Shown here one piece after another: positions 57,301-64,000 of a stretch of DNA of 64,000 nucleotides. The notes below the pieces were generated by a model. That model was not told the DNA's origin. It was given only the letters and a program-made list of their open reading frames with translations, and did no database searches. Position numbers and translations under genes: made by a program. Numbering within the stretch: the first letter of the stretch is position 1; each line of letters starts with the position of its first letter. The stretch is from contig CP086569.2 of NCBI GenBank assembly GCA_009914755.4, positions 21,024,001-21,088,000 on the forward strand, given 5' to 3'. Source of the stretch: the human T2T-CHM13v2.0 reference genome, Homo sapiens.

Positions 57301-57494
57301 TCACTTCAAGAATGAAACTGCAGACCTTTACGGTGAGTGTTACGGCATTTAAAGGTGTTATGTCCAGAGTTTGTTCCTTCAGATGTGTCCAGAGTTTCCT
57401 CCTTCTGGCAGGTTCATGGTCTTGCTCACTTCAAGAATGAAGCTGCAGACCTTAGTGGTGAGCGTTACAGCACTTAAGTTTTTATGTCCAGAGT
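54383..57494. repeat. HOR copy of 3112 bp, terminal HOR family, anchored on the MFLQIS.EILPSGRSMV monomer.
   Basis: Homologous anchor monomer ORFs lie at 54383, 57495, 60482 and 63347. The following monomers (54508/57632/60619/63472 and 57868/60855/63720) keep the same order. Confidence 0.8.
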
Positions 57495-60481
57495 TTGTTC
57501 CTTCAGATAAGTCCAGAGATTCTTCCTTCTGGCACGTCCATGGTCTTGCTCACTTCAAGAATGAAACTGCAGACCCTTACGGTGAATGTTACAGCACTAA
57601 AAATTGTTATGTCTAGAGTTTCTTCCTTCATATGTGTCCAGTTTCTTCCTTCTGGAAGGTTCATGGTCTTGCTCACTTCAAGAATGAAACTGTAGACCTT
57701 TACGGTGAGTGTTACAGCACTGAAAGATGTTATTTCCAGAGTTTGTTCCTTCAGATGTGTCCAGTGTTTCTTCCTTCTGGCAGGTTCATGGTCTTGCTCA
57801 CTTCAAGAAAGAAGCTGCAGAACTTAGTGGTGAGTTTTACAGCACTTAAAGGTGTTATATCCAGAGTTTGTTCCTTCAGATGTGTCCAGAGTTTCTTCCT
57901 TCTGGCAGGTTCATGGTCTTGCTCACTTCAAGAATGAAGCTGCAGACCTTAGTGGTGAGTGTTACAACACTTAAAGATGTTATTTACAGAGTTTGTTCCT
58001 TCAGATGTGTCCAGAGTTTCTTCCTTCTGGCAGGTTCATGGTCTTGCTCACTTCAAGAATGAAGATGCAGACCTTTACGGTGAGTGTTACAGCACATAAA
58101 GGTGTTATGTCCAGAGTTTGTTCCTTCAGATGTGTCCAGAGTTTCTTCCTTCTGGCAGGTTCATGGTCTTGCTCACTTCAAGAATGAAGCTGCAGTCCTT
58201 TACGGTGAGTGTTACATCATTTAAAGGTGTTATGTCCAGAGTTTTTTACATCAGATGTGTCTAGATTTCCTTCCTTCTGGGAGGTTCATGGACTTGCTCA
58301 TTTCAAGAATGAAGCTGCAGACCTTAGTGGTGAGATTTACAGCACTTAAAGCTGTTATGTCCAGAGTTTGTTCCTTCAGATGTGTCCAGAGTTTCTTCCT
58401 TCTCCAGGTTCATGGTCTTGCTCACTTCACGAATGAAGCTGCAGACCTTAGTGGTGAGCGTTACAGCAGTTAAGTTTTTATGTCCAGAGTTTGTTCCTTC
58501 AGATAAGTCCAGAGTTTCTTCCTTCTGGCGGGTTCATGGTCTTGCTCACTTCAAGAATGAAGCTGCGGACCTTAGTGGTGAGCGTTACAGCACTTAAGTT
58601 TTTATGTCCAGAGTTTGTCCCTTCAGATAAGTCCAGAGATTCTTCCTTCTGGCAGGTTCATGGTCTTGCTCACTTCAAGAATGAAGCTGCAGACCTTTAC
58701 GGTGAGTGTTACAGCACTTAAAGGTGTTATGTCCAGAGTTTGTTCCTTCAGATGTGTCCAGAGTTTCTTCCTTCTGACAAGTTCATGGTCTTGCTCACTT
58801 CAAGAATGAAGCTGCAGACCTTTACGGTGAGAGTTACAACATTAATGGTGTTATGTACAGAGTTTGTTCCTTCAGATGTGTGCAGAGTTTCTTCCTTCTG
58901 GCAGGTTCATGGTATTGCTCACTTCAAGAATGAAGCTGCAGACCTTAGTGGTGAGTGTTACAGCACTTAAAGTTGTTATGTCCAGAGTTTGTTCCTTCAG
59001 ATGTGTCCAGAGTTTCTTCCCTCTGGCTGGTTCTTGGTCTTGCTCACTTCAAGAATGAAGCTGCAGACCTTTACGGTGAGTGTTACAGCATTTAATGGAG
59101 ATATGTCCAGAGTTTCTTACATCAGATGTGTCTAGAGCTCCTTCCTTCTGGGAGGTTCATGGACTTGCTCATTTCAAGAATGAAGCTGAAGACCGTAGTG
59201 GTGAGTTTTACAACATTTAAAGGTGTTAGGTCCAGAGTTTGTTCCTTCAGATGTGTCCAGAGTTTCTTCCTTCTGGCAGGTTCATGGTCTTGCTCACTTC
59301 AAGAATGAAGCTGCAGACCTTAGTGGTGAGCGTTACAGCACTTATGTTTTTATGTCCAGGATTTGTTCCTTCAGATAAGTCCAGAGTTTCTTCCTTCTTG
59401 CAGGTTCATAGTCTTGCTCACTTCAAGAATGAAGCTGCAGAACTTAGTGGTGAGTTTTACAGCACTTAAAGGTGTTATGTCCAGAGTTTGTTCCTTCAGA
59501 TGTGTCCAGAGTTTCTTCCTTCTGGCAGGTTCATGGTCTTGCTCACTTCAAGAATGACGGGGCAGACCTTTACGGTGAGTGTTACAGCATTTAAATGTGT
59601 TATGTCCATTGTTTGTTCCTTCAGATGTGTCCACTTTCTTCCTTCTGGCAGGTTCATGGTCTTGCTCACTTCAAGAATGAAACTGTAGACCTTTACGGTG
59701 AGTGTTACAGCAATGAAAGATGCTATGTCCAGAGTTTTTTCCTTCAGATGTGTCCAGAGTTTCTTCCTTCTGGCAGGTTCATGGTCTAGCTCAATTCAAG
59801 AATGAAACTGCAGACCTTTACGGTGAGTGTTACAGCATTTAAAGGTGTTATGTCCAGAGTTTGTTCCTTCAGATGTGTCCAGAGTTTCCTCCTTCTGGCA
59901 GGTTCATGGTCTTGCTCACTTCAAGAATGAAGCTGCAGTCCTTTACGGTGAGTGTTACATCATTTAAAGGTGTTATGTCCAGAGTTTTTTACATCAGATG
60001 TGTCTAATTTTCCTTCCTTCTGGGAGGTTCATGGACTTGCTCATTTCAAGAATGAAGCTGCAGACCTTAGTGGTGAGTTTTACAGCACTTAAAGCTGTTA
60101 TGTCCAGAGTTTGTTCCTTCAGATGTGTCCAGAGTTTCTTCCTTCTCCAGGTTCATGGTCTTGCTCACTTCAAGAATGAAGCTGCAGACCTTAGTGGTGA
60201 GCGTTACAGCACTTAAGTTTTTATGTCCAGAGTGTGTTCCTTCAGATAAGTCCAGAGTTTCTTCCTTCTGGCAGGCTCATGGTCTTGCTCACTTCAAGAA
60301 TGAAGCAGCGGACCTTAGTGGTGAGCGTTACAGCACTTAAGTTTTTATGTCCAGAGTTTGTTCCTTCAGATAAGTCCAGAGTTTCTTCCTTGTGGCAGGT
60401 TCATGGTCTTGCTCACTTCAAGAATGAAGCTGCAGACCTTAGTGGTGAGCGTTACAGCACTTAAGTTTTTATGTCCAGAGT
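57495..60481. repeat. HOR copy of 2987 bp, terminal family.
   Basis: Same anchors as above. 2987 is about 24 x 125 minus ~13 bp; the shortfall fits the 1-2 bp deletion variant monomers (cttaagtttttatg, gtgtccagtttcttcc, ccttctccaggttc). Confidence 0.8.
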
Positions 60482-63346
60482 TTGTTCCTTCAGATAAGTC
60501 TAGAGATTCTTCCTTCTGGCAGGTCCATGGTCTTCCTCACTTCAAGAATGAAACTGCAGACCCTTACGGTGAATGTTACAGCACTTAAAATTGTTATGTC
60601 TAGAGTTTCTTCCTTCATATGTGTCCAGTTTCTTCCTTCTGGAAGGTTCATGGTCTTGCTCACTTCAAGAATGAAACTGTAGACCTTTACGGTGAGTGTT
60701 ACAGCACTGAAAGATGTTATTTCCAGAGTTTGTTCCTTGAGATGTGTCCAGAGTTTCTTCCTTCTGGCAGGCTCATGGTCTTGCTCACTTCAAGAAAGAA
60801 GCTGCAGAACTTAGTGGTGAGTTTTGCAGCACTTAAAGGTGTTATGTCCAGAGTTTGTTCCTTCAGATGTGTCCAGAGTTTCTTCCTTCTGGCAGGTTCA
60901 TGGTCTTGCTCACTTCAAGAATGAAGCTGCAGACCTTAGTGGTGAGTGTTACAACACTTAAAGGTGTTATTTACAGAGTTTGTTCCTTCAGATGTGTCCA
61001 GAGTTTCTTCCTTCTGGCAGGTTCATGGTCTTGCTCACTTCAAGAATGAAGATGGAGACCTTTACGGTGAGTGTTACAGCACATAAAGGTGTTATGTTCA
61101 GAGATTGTTCCTTCAGATGTGTCCAGAGTTTCTTCCTTCTGGCAGGTTCATGGTCTTGCTCACTTCAAGAATGAAGCTGCAGTCCTTTACGGTGAGTGTT
61201 ACATCATTTAAAGGTGTTATATCCAGAGTTTTTTACATCAGATGTGTCTAGATTTCCTTCCTTCTGGGAGGTTCACGGACTTGCTCATTTCAAGAATGAA
61301 GCTGCAGACCTTAGTGGTGAGTTTTACAACACTTAAAGCTGTTATGTCCAGAGTTTGTTCCTTCAGGTGTGTCCAGAGTTTCTTCCTTCTCCAGGTTCAT
61401 GGTCTTGCTCACTTCAAGAATGAAGCTGCAGACCTTAGTGGTGAGCGTTACAGCACTTAAGTTTTTATGTCCAGAGTTTGTTCCTTCAGATAAGTCCAGA
61501 GTTTCTTCCTTCTGGCAGGTTCATGGTCTTGCTCACTTCAAGAATGAAGCTGCGGACCTTAGTGGTGAGCGTTACAGCACTTAAGTTTTTATGTCCAGAG
61601 TTTGTTCCTTCAGATAAGTCCAGACTTTCTTCCTTCTGGCAGGTTCATGGTCTTGCTCACTTCAAGAATGAAGCTGCAGACCTTTACGGTGAGTGTTATA
61701 GCACTTAAAGGTGTTATGTCCAGAGTTTGTTCCTTCAGAAGTGTCCAGAGTTTCTTCCTTCTGACAAGTTCATGGTCTTGCTCACTTCAAGAATGAAGCT
61801 GCAGACCTTTACGGTGAGTGTTACAGCATTAATGGTGTTATGTACAGAGTTTGTTCCTTCAGATGTGTGCAGAGTTTCTTCCTTCTGGCAGGTTCATGGT
61901 ATTGCTCACTTCAAGAATGAAGCTGCAGACCTTAGTGGTGAGTGTTACAGCACTTAAAGTTGTTATGTCCAGGGTTTGTTCCTTCAGATGTGTACAGAGT
62001 TTCTTCCCTCTGGCTGGTTCTTGGTCTTGCTCACTTCAAGAATGAAGCTGCAGACCTTTACGGTGAGTGTTACAGCATTTAATGGAGTTATGTCCAGAGT
62101 TTCTTACATCAGATGTGTCTAGAACTCCTTCCTTCTGGGAGGTTCATGGACTTGCTCATTTCAAGAATGAAGCTGAAGACCTTAGTGGTGAGTTTTACAG
62201 CACTTAAAGGTGTTAGGTCCAGAGTTTGTTCCTTCAGATGTGTCCAGAGTTTCTTCCTTCTGGCAGGTTCATCGTGTTGCTCACTTCAAGAATGAAGCTG
62301 CAGACCTTAGTGGTGAGCGTTACAGCACTTAAGTTTTTATGTCCAGGGTTTGTTCCTTCAGATAAGTCCAGAGTTTCTTCCTTCTTGCAGGTTCATGGTC
62401 TTGCTCACTTCAAGAATGAAGCTGCAGAACTTAGTGGTGAGTTTTACAGCACATAAAGGTGTTATGTCCAGAGTTTGTTCCTTCAGATGTGTCCAGAGTT
62501 TCTTCCTTCTGGCAGGTTCATGGTCTTGCTCACTTCAAGAATGACGCGGCAGACCTTTACGGTGAGTGTTACAGCATTTAATAGTGTTATGTCCAGAGGT
62601 TGTTCCTTCAGATGTGTCCACTTTCTTCCTTCTGGCAGGTTCATGGTCTTGCTCACTTCAAGAATGAAACTGTAGACCTTTACGGTGAGTGTTACAGCAA
62701 TGAATGATGCTATGTCCAGAGTTTGTTCCTTCAGATGTGTCCAGAGTTTCTTCCTTCTGGCAGGTTCATGGTCTTGCTCACTTCAAGAATGAAGCTGCAG
62801 TCCTTTACGGTGAGTGTTACAGCATTTAAAGGTGTTATGTCCAGAGTTTGTTCCTTCAGATGTGTCCAGAGTTTCCTCCTTCTGGCAGGTTCATGGTCTT
62901 GCTCACTTCAAGAATGAAGCTGCAGACCTTAGTGGTGAGTGTTACAGCACTTAAATTTGTTATGTCCAGAGTTTGTTCCTTCAGATGTGTCCAGAGTTTC
63001 TTCCCTCTGGCTGGTTGTTGGTCTTCCTCACTTCAAGAATGAAGCTGCATACCTTTACGGTGAGTGTTACAGCATTTAATGGAGTTATGTCCAGAGTTTC
63101 TTACATCAGATGTGTCTAGAGCTCCTTCCTTCTGGGAGGTTCATGGACTTGCTCATTTCAAGAATGAAGCTGAAGTCCTTAGTGGTGAGTATTACAACAC
63201 TTAAAGGTGTTAGGTCCAGAGTTTGTTCCTTCAGATGTGTCCAGAGTTTCTTCCTTCTGGCAGGTTCATGGTCTTGCTCACTTCAAGAATGAAGCTGCAG
63301 ACCTTAGTGCTGAGCGTTACAGCACTTAAGTTTTTATGTCCAGAGT
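60482..63346. repeat. HOR copy of 2865 bp, terminal family, one monomer shorter than the previous copy.
   Basis: Anchor ORFs at 60482 and 63347 are near-identical. Confidence 0.8.
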
Positions 63347-64000
63347 TTGTTCCTTCAGATAAGTCCAGAGATTCTTCCTTCTGGCAGGTCCATGGTCTTG
63401 CTCACTTCAAGAATGAAACTGCAGACCCTTACGGTGAGTGTTACAGCACTTAAAATTGTTATGTCTAGAGTTTGTTCTTTCATATGTGTCCAGTTTCTTC
63501 CTTCTGGAAGGTTCATGGTCTTGCTCACTTCAAGAATGAAACTGTAGACCTTTACGGTGAGTGTTACAGCACTGAAAGATGTTATTTCCAGAGTTTGTTC
63601 CTTCAGATGTGTCCAGAGTTTCTTCCTTCTGTCAGGTTCATGGTCTTGCTCACTTCAAGAATGAAGCTGCAGAACTTAGTGGTGAGTTTTACAGCACTTA
63701 AAGGTGTTATATCCAGAGTTTGTTCCTTCAGATGTGTCCAGAGTTTCTTCCTTCTGGCAGGTTCATGGTCTTGCTCACTTCAAGAATGAAGCTGCAGACC
63801 TTAGTGGTGAGTGTTACAACAATTAAAGATGTTATTTACAGAGTTTGTTCCTTCAGATGTGTCCAGAGTTTCTTCCTTCTGGCAGGTTCATGGTCTTGCT
63901 CACTTCAAGAATGAAGATGCAGACCTTTACGGTGAGTGTTACAGCACATAAAGGTGTTATGTCCAGAGTTTGTTCCTTCAGATGTGTCCAGAGTTTCTTC

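Larger units (their letters stand above)
1..64000. repeat. Tandem satellite DNA array with a 125 bp monomer, about 512 head-to-tail copies in constant orientation. The array continues beyond both window edges.
   Basis: The motif gttcatggtcttgctcacttcaagaatgaagctgcag...gtgtccagagtttcttccttctggcag recurs continuously. ORF-track starts are spaced exactly 125 bp apart (312/437/562; 1310/1435/1560; 3692/3817/3942). I found no non-repeat sequence anywhere in the window. Confidence 0.97.

Noticed and set aside
312-63914. Hundreds of + strand ORFs of 60-159 aa in the supplied track, all variants of MFLQMCPEFLPSGRFMVLLTSRMKLQTF.../MLQHLKVLCPEFVPSDVSRVSSFWQVHGLAHFKNEAADL...
   Set aside because: They are the same 125 bp repeat read in rotating frames, since 125 is not divisible by 3. 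ORF starts are spaced exactly one or two monomers apart. Lengths are capped at about 1.5 monomers, with occasional longer read-throughs at indel-variant monomers. The composition is low-complexity (F/L/S/C/V rich from a T-rich strand). There is no consistent start context and they overlap one another in different frames. These are not genes.
1-64000. Possibility of one giant gene encoding a protein with a 125-aa repeat (3 monomers = 375 bp)
   Set aside because: Every frame is interrupted by stop codons at least every ~200-350 bp. No frame stays open across three consecutive monomers except sporadically.
1-64000. CRISPR array (regular direct repeats)
   Set aside because: There are no unique spacers. 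The 125 bp unit abuts itself directly, and the whole unit is the repeat. No cas-like coding sequence is present anywhere, and CpG depletion indicates a eukaryotic origin.
1-64000. Novel prokaryotic defence or other multi-gene system suggested by the prompt
   Set aside because: No credible protein-coding genes, promoters, RBS-spaced operons or RNA genes exist in this window. It is 100% satellite DNA.
1-64000. Inverted repeats, palindromes or a strand switch within the array, e.g. an inversion breakpoint
   Set aside because: Every monomer I examined reads gttcatggtcttgctcacttcaag on the + strand. The few - strand ORFs (4075-4338, 19543-19764, 26317-26538, 39027-39209, 42651-42896, 44553-44804) are chance open frames in the reverse complement of normal monomers, not inverted copies.
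1-64000. Transposon or other foreign insertion interrupting the satellite
   Set aside because: Gaps in the ORF track were checked by eye (2633-2814, 5644-6074, 6643-6949, 8147-8577, 15836-16603, 24672-25015, 26700-26990, 36228-36409, 52334-53024). All are ordinary monomers whose stops happen to fall closer together. No non-satellite sequence was found.

Overview
The whole 64 kb window is one uninterrupted, head-to-tail tandem satellite array with a 125 bp monomer, about 512 copies. A representative monomer is gttcatggtcttgctcacttcaagaatgaagctgcagacctttacggtgagtgttacagcacttaaaggtgttatgtccagagttttttccttcagatgtgtacagagtttcttccttctggcag (3983-4107). The array runs off both edges of the window, so it is longer than 64 kb. 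I find no unique-sequence island, no inversion of monomer orientation, no tRNA or rRNA, no CRISPR array, and no credible protein-coding gene.

Monomers fall into recognisable subtypes that recur every 2.4-3.5 kb. These form higher-order repeats (HORs) of roughly 19-28 monomers whose length varies in steps of about one monomer. HOR composition changes along the window: an 'aaaga-insertion / catataaagg / cgggc' subtype occurs only in the first ~44 kb, while a 2-bp-deletion subtype (gtgtccag--tttcttcc followed by ...ctgtagac...actgaaagatg) becomes frequent from ~43 kb onward. The last ~6 kb contains a nearly exact 2987 bp HOR duplication.

The sequence is CpG-poor with TG/CA at the variable sites. 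The + strand is T+G rich (about 36% T and 24% G by hand count on the 125-mer). This fits methylated heterochromatic (peri/centromeric-type) satellite of a vertebrate, probably mammalian, genome rather than any prokaryotic locus.

All ORFs in the supplied track are + strand artefacts of reading the repeat. Starts are spaced by 125 bp and the peptides are all variants of MFLQMCPEFLPSGRFMVLLTSRMKLQTF.... Because 125 is not a multiple of 3, the reading frame rotates and hits stops after about 60-120 aa.

From memory, not verified, the monomer looks like a CpG-decayed relative of the tandem sub-repeats found in ERV9/LTR12-type LTRs. That points to an LTR-derived satellite. I see no defence system or other gene system here. 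The interesting biology is the satellite's architecture and origin.
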